Virus record (IMG/VR): IMGVR_UViG_3300028844_004984 | Length of the DNA stretch: 64,000 nt | From: a virus | Strand: one strand, 5' to 3' | Shown: positions 28,240 to 37,658 of the stretch, piece after piece | Numbering within the stretch: the first letter of the stretch is position 1 | How the letters are laid out: each line of letters begins with the position of its first letter | Notes under the pieces: model-generated | Told to the model about the DNA's origin: nothing | The model's input: only the letters and a program-made list of their open reading frames with translations | Databases searched by the model: none | Position numbers and translations under genes: made by a program

Positions 28240-28769
28240 GAGTATTAGTGATTATACCAACAAAGTTGGATTCCAAAAGATTGAAGAATAAAAACATTCG
28301 TAAGTTAGATGGAAAGCCAATGTTTCTACATTCAGTAGATTATGCCGATGCTAGTAAACATAATGTAGATATAGTAGTATCTTCAGAAAGTGATGTTGTT
28401 AAAGATATCTGTTTAGAGTGGGGTTGTGCGTTTATGGAACGTTCTACTGAATTATGTGGAGATACTGAAGTTGTTGATGTGTATATCGATGTGGTATCTC
28501 AGATAAAAGAGTCCTATGATTTAGTAGTTGGGCTACAACCAGATAATCCAAATAGAACTCATTCGTTAGATAAGTGTATTCAATATATGCTAGATAACGA
28601 TTATGATGATTTGATTACTGTAAACCCATCGTATAAGAGAAGTGGCTCGGTCCGCATATTTAAGTACGATTACCTAAAGTCAGGCAAAGTAAGTAAACGA
28701 CTTGGGTGTATCAAAGATGATGCAACTGATATACACTATGAATCTGATTTGGAAAGTTTGAATAAGTGA
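28236..28769 (+). CDS. Acylneuraminate cytidylyltransferase (NeuA-like)
   Basis: IIP.K..SKRLKNKN, LQP..P.R, DIH...DL. Confidence 0.85.
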   Translation: MRVLVIIPTKLDSKRLKNKNIRKLDGKPMFLHSVDYADASKHNVDIVVSSESDVVKDICLEWGCAFMERSTELCGDTEVVDVYIDVVSQIKESYDLVVGLQPDNPNRTHSLDKCIQYMLDNDYDDLITVNPSYKRSGSVRIFKYDYLKSGKVSKRLGCIKDDATDIHYESDLESLNK

Positions 28770-29362
28770 TGGCTATGGAAACTGTAAAAAAACGAGGTGC
28801 ACTAAAGGCTAAGGCGCTTAAAGAGGTAAAGCAGATAAAAGAGATGTGGGGTGATTCAACTCCACTAATTGCGGATATCGGTGCAAATATAGGATATTAC
28901 ACAGAATCGTTTTCAGAAATATTTTCGGATAGTAAAATACACTCATATGAACCACACCCGTATAATTTACAACACCTTTCGAAGTTAAGTAGTAATCTAA
29001 TCAACATACACGCTTATGGGTTGTTCGATACTGATACTAAACTAACGATTGGTGTACCTGAAAGTAGGCAGAATAACAATGGATTATTCAGTATCCATCA
29101 TACCACAAATGGTATTGAGGTAGATTTAAAAAATGCTAATGGTGAGGAGATTAGACCAGATATCGTTAAGATTGATGTTGAGGGTTCTGAACCACAAGTG
29201 TTAAGTTGTACTGAATTCTTTGAGAATACAAAGTTGATACTTATCGAAATTGTTATCGATGATAATTTTGGTAGTAACGATGATGTAGTATCCAAATTAA
29301 AATCGATGGGATTCACCCATATAAAAAATACAAGCAAAAACAATCAGTTATGGTCAAGGTAA
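28769..29362 (+). CDS. FkbM-family methyltransferase
   Basis: DIGANIG, YEP, KIDVEGSE. Confidence 0.88.
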   Translation: MAMETVKKRGALKAKALKEVKQIKEMWGDSTPLIADIGANIGYYTESFSEIFSDSKIHSYEPHPYNLQHLSKLSSNLINIHAYGLFDTDTKLTIGVPESRQNNNGLFSIHHTTNGIEVDLKNANGEEIRPDIVKIDVEGSEPQVLSCTEFFENTKLILIEIVIDDNFGSNDDVVSKLKSMGFTHIKNTSKNNQLWSR

Positions 29363-30150
29363 TCGCAGAAATAGGTTGGAATCATTGTGGTGATATGGAA
29401 CTCGCCAAAGAAATGATTCTTGCAGCAAAAGAAAGTGGAGCAACTTACGCAAAGTTCCAAAGTTGGTCAGTTAGTAGACTCAAGCCGGGTGCTTGGGATG
29501 AAGATGGTCGTAGAGAGATTTACGAAAAAGCAGAACTTACGAAAGAGCGGCATATTGAATTAATCAATTATTGCGATGAGGTAGGTATCAAATTCATGTC
29601 AAGTGTATTCAGTATCAAAGATGCTGAACTTCTTGTTGAGTTGGGCGTTGAGGACGTGAAGATTCCAAGCTTTGAATCTCGCAACCACAAATTAATTAGG
29701 TATTGTGATGATAATTTCAAAAGAGTGTTCATGTCAACAGGCACATCTACCTTTGATGAGATTAAAGATAGTGTAAAAAATATTTGGAATTCTGAGTTTT
29801 ATTTATTACATTGTGTATCAACATACCCGTGTAATCCATCTATGGCAAATCTTCCTAGAATGAAATTGTTAAGTGAGTTGGGATTCCCTATTGGATACTC
29901 AGACCATATTCAAGGAGTTGAATCTGCTAAAGTAGCTATTGGGTGGGGTGCATCTGTAATTGAAAAGCACTTTACAATAAATAACGAACTGCCGGGTCGT
30001 GATAATAAGTTTGCAGTATTACCTCACCAAATGAAGGACCTAACTGAATACATAGAAATGATTGAGGAGATGATGGATTCACATGGTAGTGATTACCAAC
30101 AATCCGAAACAGATTCACGAAATAATTACACTGGTAGGTTCGATGGATAA
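29350..30150 (+). CDS. Nonulosonate (N-acetylneuraminate) synthase, NeuB-like, lacking C-terminal SAF domain
   Basis: IAEIG.NH.G, KFQ, KIPS, STG, HCVS.YP, GYSDH, IEKHFT. Confidence 0.9.
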   Translation: MVKVIAEIGWNHCGDMELAKEMILAAKESGATYAKFQSWSVSRLKPGAWDEDGRREIYEKAELTKERHIELINYCDEVGIKFMSSVFSIKDAELLVELGVEDVKIPSFESRNHKLIRYCDDNFKRVFMSTGTSTFDEIKDSVKNIWNSEFYLLHCVSTYPCNPSMANLPRMKLLSELGFPIGYSDHIQGVESAKVAIGWGASVIEKHFTINNELPGRDNKFAVLPHQMKDLTEYIEMIEEMMDSHGSDYQQSETDSRNNYTGRFDG

Positions 30151-30784
30151 CGTGAGTGTAATCATACGAAATCACAATGAGGGTGAGTACATTGGATTCG
30201 CTATACAATCGGTGTTGGACTACATACCAAATGCTGAGATATTGGTGATTGATGACCACTCAACAGATGATTCGTTAGAAGTGGTTAGGTTGTTTAACAA
30301 TCGTGGTGATATAAAGATAACTACGATTGATGGTTACACTCCTGGAAAGGCAATCAATTTCGGAGTAGAGCTCGCCAAGCACAATACGATATTAGTACTA
30401 TCAGCACATTCTCAGATTGTTAAGATGGATTTGGATTATGTAACCACTCGGCTAAAAACACATTCAGCAGTATTTGGGAATCAAACTCCAATTTATAGAG
30501 GAAAGAAAATATCTAAAAGGTACATCTGGTCACACTTTGTAGATAGAGAGGTAGCTGATATGCACTCTATGATTGAAGATAGGGCATTTTTACACAATGC
30601 GTTTTGCTTCTACAACAAATCAGATTTGGTAAATACCCCATTCGATGAATCTCTTCCAGGGAAAGAAGATAGGTATTGGGCGATTGATATTTTAGAAAAC
30701 GGTAAAACATATTTATATACACCAAGTATTGAAGTAAACCACTACTATACGGGCAACGGAGCTACTTGGAAAGGATTAGGATAA
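30143..30784 (+). CDS. GT2-family glycosyltransferase
   Basis: SVIIR.HNE, IDDHSTD, ED..W; ATG 30143. Confidence 0.85.
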   Translation: MDNVSVIIRNHNEGEYIGFAIQSVLDYIPNAEILVIDDHSTDDSLEVVRLFNNRGDIKITTIDGYTPGKAINFGVELAKHNTILVLSAHSQIVKMDLDYVTTRLKTHSAVFGNQTPIYRGKKISKRYIWSHFVDREVADMHSMIEDRAFLHNAFCFYNKSDLVNTPFDESLPGKEDRYWAIDILENGKTYLYTPSIEVNHYYTGNGATWKGLG

Positions 30785-31620
30785 TGAAGATATTAGTTAC
30801 AGGAGGTGCTGGATTCGTAGGAACAAACCTCATTAAACGATTATTGGGTGAAGGGCATGATGTAGTTTCGATAGACAACTACTATACTGGTAAGATAGAA
30901 AACCATCAGAAAGGGTGTAAATATCTGAATCATGACCTCAGAAACCTTACTGAATTTATGGATGTTGATGTTGTATTTCATCTCGCTGCGATTGCACGGA
31001 TTCAACCTTCATTTAAATTACCAAAAGAATACTTTACAACAAATGCAAATGCCACACTAAACTTAGTTGATTGGTGCGCTAAGAATAATGTTCCATTAAT
31101 TTATGCAGGTTCATCATCAAAGCATAGTGGTAGATTTAAAAACCCATACACATTTTCTAAAGATGTAGGTGAGGATATTATATCACTCTACCAAGAACAC
31201 TATGGATTACAATCATCAATTACAAGGTTCTACAATGTATATGGGCCACATCATTTGAAAGATGGTGGTTATTGTACTGTAATTGGAAAGTGGGAGAAGT
31301 GTATTGAAGAGGGTAGACCTCTTACAATCTATGGAGATGGTACAAAGCGAAGAGATTTTACTCACATTGATGATATTGTAGATGCTCTGGTTAAGATTAT
31401 GGAACAATCAGCATATGGTTATGATTTTGAATTAGGTAAAGGTAAGAACTACTCTATCCAAGAAATTGCAGAAATGTTCAATTACAGTGATATCGTATAT
31501 GAAGATAATAAACCAGGTGAGGCACAAATTACACTTTGTGAGGATACACTTGCCAATGAAATTTTGGGATGGACACCCACTAAAAAAATTGAAGATTATA
31601 TAAAACGATTAAAGTTATGA
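30784..31620 (+). CDS. NAD-dependent epimerase/dehydratase
   Basis: TGGAGFVG, HLAA, Y..SK, RFYNVYG, RDFTH. Confidence 0.92.
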   Translation: MKILVTGGAGFVGTNLIKRLLGEGHDVVSIDNYYTGKIENHQKGCKYLNHDLRNLTEFMDVDVVFHLAAIARIQPSFKLPKEYFTTNANATLNLVDWCAKNNVPLIYAGSSSKHSGRFKNPYTFSKDVGEDIISLYQEHYGLQSSITRFYNVYGPHHLKDGGYCTVIGKWEKCIEEGRPLTIYGDGTKRRDFTHIDDIVDALVKIMEQSAYGYDFELGKGKNYSIQEIAEMFNYSDIVYEDNKPGEAQITLCEDTLANEILGWTPTKKIEDYIKRLKL

Positions 31621-32222
31621 AAACAACAAAAGAAATACTTGATGGTATTCCCGATAAGTATGGTTCAGAAAAGAACACAACATCGTTAAAATGGAAAGAA
31701 GATGTTATAGAGTTCTTTAGGAATAAAGAACTGATATCGTGTCTTGAGTTGGGAACTTGGCATGGTAGAAGTACAAGAATTCTATCCGAGATATTTAAAG
31801 ATGTGTGGACTGTTGAGCTTGTACAACACAGAGTTGATAATGCACGAGAGTTTTGCAAGGATAAATCTAACATCACATTTGTATGTGGAAACGCATACTT
31901 AGATAAAACCTACAGAAGATTTCCACAACACTTTGATGTTGTTGTTATAGACTGCGACCACACCCACAGTTCGGTTATAAAGGATATTGAAAGGGGGTTA
32001 TCTTATGCACGACCTGGTAGTATTCAGTATTTTGTATTTGATGATTATGGGCATTCAGAATTGGAAGGAGTTCACACCGGAATCAAACACTGTATAAAAA
32101 AGTATGGGTTACGGGTAGAAAATTACATAGGTCATCCTGCGGGAACGACTATAAATCGTGGTAAGAAACCACCATTTACATTATTTGATTATGAAGGTTT
32201 AATTGTAAGTTCTGAAAAGTGA
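31617..32222 (+). CDS. Class I SAM methyltransferase (Methyltransf_24-like)
   Basis: LELGT..G.S, ID.DH, FDDY. Confidence 0.8.
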   Translation: MKTTKEILDGIPDKYGSEKNTTSLKWKEDVIEFFRNKELISCLELGTWHGRSTRILSEIFKDVWTVELVQHRVDNAREFCKDKSNITFVCGNAYLDKTYRRFPQHFDVVVIDCDHTHSSVIKDIERGLSYARPGSIQYFVFDDYGHSELEGVHTGIKHCIKKYGLRVENYIGHPAGTTINRGKKPPFTLFDYEGLIVSSEK

Positions 32223-32980
32223 AGAAGAATATAATATTTATTCCAGCAATTGATGCTGGTAGGGGTAGACACCACGCATATAATTACAGTATCCAATCTT
32301 GGAAGAATTGGGCTAAGAAGCATGATGTGGAAGTTTTAGTTTGGGATACTCCATTGTACACTTGGGATGAGATGACTATTCCGTGGCAAAGGTATCATCT
32401 GTTTAAGATTTTAGACCATAATGAGATTGAGTTCGACCAAGTCCTCATGGTGGATTCAGATACAATAGTCCACCCGGATACACCCAACTTTTTTGAAATG
32501 ACCGAGCGGAAATACACAGGTGTTTTGGATTTGGGTTGTTGGGAATGGACAGGTCGCTCGCTACGACACTACAAAGATGTGTTTGATGGGTATAGGCTCG
32601 ATAGAGGTATGTATTTCAATGGTGGGTTTCAGATTGTAAATGAATCACATCGTGAATTCTTCGATTTGGTTTTGGATTTCTACTCTAAGAATCAATCTAC
32701 CTTAGTAGCCAAACAAAAAGCTGGGTTGGGAACAGACCAGACTCCAATTAACTATCTAGCTCAGATGAATGGTATCGATTTAAAAATGTTACCATCAACA
32801 TACAATCTACACCATATGGTCAGTAAGAATCTACTAAACTTTGGGCAGTCTTGGTGGGGGGATAGTATGGAGAATTTGTATGAGCAAGCTTGGGTGTACC
32901 ACTTCAATGCTATACCTACCAATAAGCTAAATCGTAATTCAGAATATTTCCTAAAAAGAGCATACGAAGAACTATGGTAA
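32219..32980 (+). CDS. GT-A glycosyltransferase (GT8/GT34-like)
   Basis: VDSD, YFNGG, DQT..NY, YHF. Confidence 0.75.
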   Translation: MKKNIIFIPAIDAGRGRHHAYNYSIQSWKNWAKKHDVEVLVWDTPLYTWDEMTIPWQRYHLFKILDHNEIEFDQVLMVDSDTIVHPDTPNFFEMTERKYTGVLDLGCWEWTGRSLRHYKDVFDGYRLDRGMYFNGGFQIVNESHREFFDLVLDFYSKNQSTLVAKQKAGLGTDQTPINYLAQMNGIDLKMLPSTYNLHHMVSKNLLNFGQSWWGDSMENLYEQAWVYHFNAIPTNKLNRNSEYFLKRAYEELW

Positions 32981-33921
32981 GTATAGCATTCATATCAGAA
33001 CTACCATTCGATGGTAGAGTTCCGAGAAATCACCCACATATGAGAACAGAATTTGCTCAGATGTGTGCGTTGGGTGCGGACCACTACAACTATAAAAGTA
33101 TATCAACTATCGAACGTAGTTATGACCATATAGTGTTGTTGATATCAAAAAGCGATGCTATCAGAGATTGGTTATACAACTCACCGAATTTGGTTACTGA
33201 ACTGCGAGGTGTTGGTAGTAAGATTTGGTTTATGCAGGAAGCAACTGCACAGGTTTATCAACAATTTGAATTACATCATCAAATTAGACATTACAACCTA
33301 CTTCAAGAAGTTGATGGTATCCTCACAGAGAATGTTACAGATTACAACTACTTTAGGGGGTTGGTTGGTGAAAGTAAGGAAATACATACAATACCAACCC
33401 TTATCATACCAGATGATTTTTTGAATCTAAGAAATTCAAATCGTTTGGATAAATCAATGTTGGGTGGTAACTTTACAAAGTGGTATGCTGGGTTTGATTC
33501 ATATTTGGTAGCTACAGAGTTTGATAACCATATATCCATTCCTAAAATGAGAACGGTCGCAAACGAATCAAATCTGGTCGAAGTTCTACCACACGTTCAA
33601 TTCAATGAGTGGATGAAAATTCTATCGGAATACAAATATGCTGTACACCTTATGCCAAATGTAACGGCGGGTACATTCAATCTGAATTGTTCCTTTTTGG
33701 GCATACCGTGTATAGGATACGCACAATCAGATACACAACGATTATGCCAACCCAAACTATCAGTTGAGAAGTATGATTTAGAATCAGCTAGAGGTTTGGC
33801 TAAGATGTTGAGAGATGATAAAGATTTTTACAATGAATGTTCTAAAGATGCTATAGAGAATCACGACAAATACTTTAGTGAGGTGGTATTCTTAGAACAT
33901 ATGAATTCAATTTTTAATTAA
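32974..33921 (+). CDS. Putative GT-B glycosyltransferase
   Basis: AG.F.LNC..LGIPCIG; position in glycan island. Confidence 0.55.
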   Translation: MVSIAFISELPFDGRVPRNHPHMRTEFAQMCALGADHYNYKSISTIERSYDHIVLLISKSDAIRDWLYNSPNLVTELRGVGSKIWFMQEATAQVYQQFELHHQIRHYNLLQEVDGILTENVTDYNYFRGLVGESKEIHTIPTLIIPDDFLNLRNSNRLDKSMLGGNFTKWYAGFDSYLVATEFDNHISIPKMRTVANESNLVEVLPHVQFNEWMKILSEYKYAVHLMPNVTAGTFNLNCSFLGIPCIGYAQSDTQRLCQPKLSVEKYDLESARGLAKMLRDDKDFYNECSKDAIENHDKYFSEVVFLEHMNSIFN

Positions 33922-33930
33922 TACAAACAA

Positions 33931-35013
33931 ATGAAGTATTCTTCACAAGCGTTAACATATGATGATATTCAACTAATACCATCATTTTCAGAAATAAAAT
34001 CAAGAAAGAACATCAAACTGAATACACTCCTAAGTAGGAGGTATGGTTTGTTGAATCCGATAGTTGCATCACCAATGGATACGGTGTGTGAGTACAATAT
34101 GGCACTAAAGATGGCTCAGTTGGGTGGTGTTGGGTGTATTCACCGATTCATGTCCATAGTGGAACAATGTGATATAGTTAGTATGTTACACCAACGTATC
34201 AATGGTGAGCATGAATCACCAAACATTAATCAGCTGTGGGGTGTGATGTATGATGATTGGCACGCCGAACAACGTTCAGTTCCGATTATGGCAGCGATTG
34301 GTGTTCAGCAAGAGGATAGAGAGCGAGCTAAAAGTTTGGTTTATGCTGGAGCAAACGTTCTATTGATTGATGTAGCACACGGTGACCATCAAAATGTTAT
34401 CGATATGGTAGAGTGGTGTAAGAGTAATCTTAATGAGAACGTCGATATCATCGCAGGGAACATAGCAACAGCGGAAGCAGCAGAGAGGTTAGAAGCAGCT
34501 GGTGCCGATGGGTTGAGAGTTGGTATCGGTGGTGGTTCGCTATGTACAACTAGAATCAAAACAGGATTCGGAGTACCAAATGTAACATCGATTCAAGAAG
34601 TTGATTTAGTAGCAACCACGCCAATTATGGCAGATGGTGGAATCCGTACCAGTGGTGATATCTCAAAAGCACTTGCCATCGGAGCTGATAATGTGATGTT
34701 GGGTTCTCTTTTGGCTGGAACCGATGAATCGCCAGGAAAGATTTTGGAAACATCCAGAGGATTGTATAAGAGGTACAGAGGCTCTGCTTCGCTGGAAACG
34801 AAAACAACACATGGACAAGAAGCTAGAAACGTAGAGGGTGAATCTACTACAATTCCATATAAGGGCGGTGTTAGATTCATTATCAGCGGTTTGTTAGATG
34901 GTGTTAAATCAGCACTGAGTTATGCGGGAGCTAACACTTTGTTGGAGTATTCGCCGAAATATGTAGTAGTAACAAATAGTGGTATTAGAGAAGCTAAACC
35001 ACACTTAATTTAA
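33931..35013 (+). CDS. IMP dehydrogenase / GMP reductase (no CBS domains)
   Basis: [40 protein letters not shown]. Confidence 0.92.
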   Translation: MKYSSQALTYDDIQLIPSFSEIKSRKNIKLNTLLSRRYGLLNPIVASPMDTVCEYNMALKMAQLGGVGCIHRFMSIVEQCDIVSMLHQRINGEHESPNINQLWGVMYDDWHAEQRSVPIMAAIGVQQEDRERAKSLVYAGANVLLIDVAHGDHQNVIDMVEWCKSNLNENVDIIAGNIATAEAAERLEAAGADGLRVGIGGGSLCTTRIKTGFGVPNVTSIQEVDLVATTPIMADGGIRTSGDISKALAIGADNVMLGSLLAGTDESPGKILETSRGLYKRYRGSASLETKTTHGQEARNVEGESTTIPYKGGVRFIISGLLDGVKSALSYAGANTLLEYSPKYVVVTNSGIREAKPHLI

Positions 35014-35021
35014 GGTAAGTT

Positions 35022-36233
35022 ATGTTGAGTAAGAAAGATATATCATTCATTCAACCAAGCAGAAACAATCTGAAGTATCTGAAATGGTCGTATGAATCAA
35101 TTAGAAAGAATGGTGGAGATGAGCCAACCATTTGTGTAGCTGATGATTTCAGCAATGATGGAACTTGGGAGTGGTGTCAGGAGATGATGGAGAAGGACTC
35201 AAACTTCAAAGCAATCCGAAACGAAGGGCCTAAACGATTAGGACATACAATCCTATATGATAGATTGATTAATGAGGTAGCAACTACACCCATCGTAGGA
35301 ATTTATCATGCGGATATGTACCTTTGTCCTGGCGCATTAGAATCTGTATTGGAACACATAACACCATTGAGTGTTGTTTCATTGACTCGTATTGAACCAC
35401 CACTCCATCCCGATGGGCCTGAGAAGATTCTGATGGATTTTGGAATTGAGCCGGAGGAGTTTGTGGAGTTGGAAGAGGATTTACTACATCAGATTCCATC
35501 ATTAAAGCAGGGTAGGACTACAGAGGGTATCTTTGCACCTTGGTTTTTGTTCAAAGAAGATTTTACATCAATTGGTGGGCACGACCCTCTATTCGCACCA
35601 CAATCAAAAGAGGATACTGATATCTTCAATCGATTCCTTCTTAATGGATACAAACTAATTCAGACGTGGGATGGGTTTGTGTACCATATGACTTGTAGGG
35701 GGAGTAGATTCGCAGATGGTGCTAAAAGAAACCCAAATGGTGAAGTGTTTATGAAGAACAGAGAAACCAACGAATGGCTAACTCAGAACCAACGCTCTAC
35801 TCGAAACTTTCTAAGAAAGTGGGGACATTATTGTAAGCACGATAGTTTAATGAAACCAATTGTACCACCTAAGTATGATGTACAATTCAGAATATTTAAC
35901 GCTAATGAACGCTTGTTACAATTGTTAGAACCGTGGTGTGATAACATCTATGTAGATATAGAACAAAGTAAAATAGATGAGTATATTCAGAAAGAACAAC
36001 CCGATACAGATTATGATTTAACTGAGAGAATCAACAAAGATGGGATAGATTCTGATATAATTTTGAGGTTTGATGGAAGTAAATTTACACAAAATTCTTT
36101 TAATATCATACAACAGCTCTCTGCCATACTTGAGTCCAATAAAATTGAGGTTGGTGAGTTCGAATTAGATATATTGAACATACAGATAAACAAAGTAAAA
36201 ACATATGAACATAAGCTAATTCGATTGGATTGA
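35022..36233 (+). CDS. GT2-family glycosyltransferase
   Basis: DDFSNDGT, HADM, EDTD.F.R, YH..CRGSR. Confidence 0.85.
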   Translation: MLSKKDISFIQPSRNNLKYLKWSYESIRKNGGDEPTICVADDFSNDGTWEWCQEMMEKDSNFKAIRNEGPKRLGHTILYDRLINEVATTPIVGIYHADMYLCPGALESVLEHITPLSVVSLTRIEPPLHPDGPEKILMDFGIEPEEFVELEEDLLHQIPSLKQGRTTEGIFAPWFLFKEDFTSIGGHDPLFAPQSKEDTDIFNRFLLNGYKLIQTWDGFVYHMTCRGSRFADGAKRNPNGEVFMKNRETNEWLTQNQRSTRNFLRKWGHYCKHDSLMKPIVPPKYDVQFRIFNANERLLQLLEPWCDNIYVDIEQSKIDEYIQKEQPDTDYDLTERINKDGIDSDIILRFDGSKFTQNSFNIIQQLSAILESNKIEVGEFELDILNIQINKVKTYEHKLIRLD

Positions 36234-36234
36234 T

Positions 36235-36242
36235 ATAGTTAT
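36235..36242 (+). promoter_or_regulatory. Putative late promoter (variant)
   Basis: ATAGTTAT, intergenic. Confidence 0.35.
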
Positions 36243-36249
36243 ATGTGTT

Positions 36250-36489
36250 ATGATGTACTATATTTTACTTCCAGATGATACGGATAATGGGGTTCAATAC
36301 TCAACCAATGTGTTGGGTGAAACCTCATTTAAAAACTTTTGGGCAGAGCAAGGATTTGAAATATTCAGTAGAATGGTTGCTCTGTATCCGGATACATTAG
36401 AACAAATAAAAATAAAAGATGAAAAGAGTAAGGAATATACACCAGAGGAATTTTTGGATGTGATATCCAAGCTAAACATAATCCGATAA
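36250..36489 (+). CDS. Hypothetical protein
   Basis: ORF in coding-strand gene order. Confidence 0.65.
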   Translation: MMYYILLPDDTDNGVQYSTNVLGETSFKNFWAEQGFEIFSRMVALYPDTLEQIKIKDEKSKEYTPEEFLDVISKLNIIR

Positions 36490-36509
36490 ACACACAAAAA
36501 AAGGAACAC

Positions 36510-36716
36510 ATGGGAAAGATTAGGATGAACGATTATGCATCCGATGAGTGGGATGACTTAGATGAATTACATGGTGGGCGTGAAAAAATAAAAAGAAAGA
36601 ATGATGGAAAGTCAAAGAACAACAATGAAGATGAGCTTCACCAATCACAACGGCTGCCTGCCGGTTGGAGAGAGGGTGATAGTTTTATCGGTAGACGAAA
36701 AAAGGCAAGAAATTAA
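36510..36716 (+). CDS. Small charged hypothetical protein
   Basis: ORF with AAGGA upstream; overlaps the next ORF. Confidence 0.5.
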   Translation: MGKIRMNDYASDEWDDLDELHGGREKIKRKNDGKSKNNNEDELHQSQRLPAGWREGDSFIGRRKKARN

Positions 36717-36780
36717 AGTTGCAGACCCATTTGATAGAACTTGGGTAGTACCAACTTCATATGTTTTCTATCCTTTATGA
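36601..36780 (+). CDS. Small SH3-like hypothetical protein (59 aa; not in ORF track)
   Basis: Manual translation MMESQRTTMKMSFTNHNGCLPVGERVIVLSVDEKRQEIKVADPFDRTWVVPTSYVFYPL*. Confidence 0.55.
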   Translation: MMESQRTTMKMSFTNHNGCLPVGERVIVLSVDEKRQEIKVADPFDRTWVVPTSYVFYPL

Positions 36781-36787
36781 TATTTAT
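36780..36787 (+). promoter_or_regulatory. Putative late promoter
   Basis: ATATTTAT. Confidence 0.55.
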
Positions 36788-36802
36788 TTGTGAGGAGAGT
36801 TC

Positions 36803-36994
36803 ATGTCAACAAAACTAAACAATAGTAAATCATTACCAATCATTACCCGAAAGGTGGAGATTGAATTAGAAGAGTTGATAAAATCAATTGATGAGAAATG
36901 GTCCGACAAATACAAAAAATCTATAAATTGTAGTAATCCAAAGGGATTCTCACAAAAAGCACATTGTGCTGGAAGGAAAAAGAAGGGGAAGTAA
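36803..36994 (+). CDS. Small basic Cys-containing protein, possible virion micro-protein
   Basis: IDE|KWSDKYKKSINCSNPKGFSQKAHCAGRKK module. Confidence 0.6.
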   Translation: MSTKLNNSKSLPIITRKVEIELEELIKSIDEKWSDKYKKSINCSNPKGFSQKAHCAGRKKKGK

Positions 36995-36996
36995 TT

Positions 36997-37608
36997 ATGC
37001 GTTACACAAAAGAACAAATTGAAACAGTTGTTAAATCCAAAGGTTACAAATGGTTCACATCAAATAACTACGATGTAAATATCGTTGGTGTTAGAAATGG
37101 TGATACAAATGGTGAAGTTACCAATAAGTTTGATGACCACCTTACTATCTCATATAGAGATAATAATGGTAATTGGAACTTTCACTGCTTTGAAGCAACA
37201 ACGGATCCCGGCTCGCACTGGACTGAAAAGCAACTACTAAATGAAAATGGAGTAGCTATTCTAAAAGAAGGGCAATACAGAGGTTCACATAAGATTGGAC
37301 TTCATCAGGGTAAGTACGAAGCACTCAGACAGAAGAAACCATTGAAAGTGTATCGTGATAAGAATATGGATGTATGCTATGATTTTATCGAAGAGAATGT
37401 ACACGAAGGTATCTATGGTATCAATATTCACAGAGCAACGGCACGAAAGGGTGGTAAATCCGTTCAGGTTGATAAGTGGTCTGCTGGGTGTCAAGTGATT
37501 GCAGCGAATGATGATTTCAATTTATTTATGGATATCTGTAGAAAGGCTAAGAATGTATGGGGCAACTCATTTACATATACACTAATTAACTCAGATGATA
37601 TTTCGTAA
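36997..37608 (+). CDS. YkuD/L,D-transpeptidase-like peptidoglycan enzyme (endolysin candidate)
   Basis: NIVGVR, FDD, TTDPG, GINIH...WSAGCQV (H-x-S-x-GC catalytic pattern); ATG 36997. Confidence 0.65.
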   Translation: MRYTKEQIETVVKSKGYKWFTSNNYDVNIVGVRNGDTNGEVTNKFDDHLTISYRDNNGNWNFHCFEATTDPGSHWTEKQLLNENGVAILKEGQYRGSHKIGLHQGKYEALRQKKPLKVYRDKNMDVCYDFIEENVHEGIYGINIHRATARKGGKSVQVDKWSAGCQVIAANDDFNLFMDICRKAKNVWGNSFTYTLINSDDIS

Positions 37609-37614
37609 ATCGTT

Positions 37615-37622
37615 CTATTTAT
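37615..37622 (+). promoter_or_regulatory. Putative late promoter
   Basis: CTATTTAT. Confidence 0.45.
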
Positions 37623-37658
37623 ATCTGAAAACGTACATAACATAATTTTGGAAGTTCT

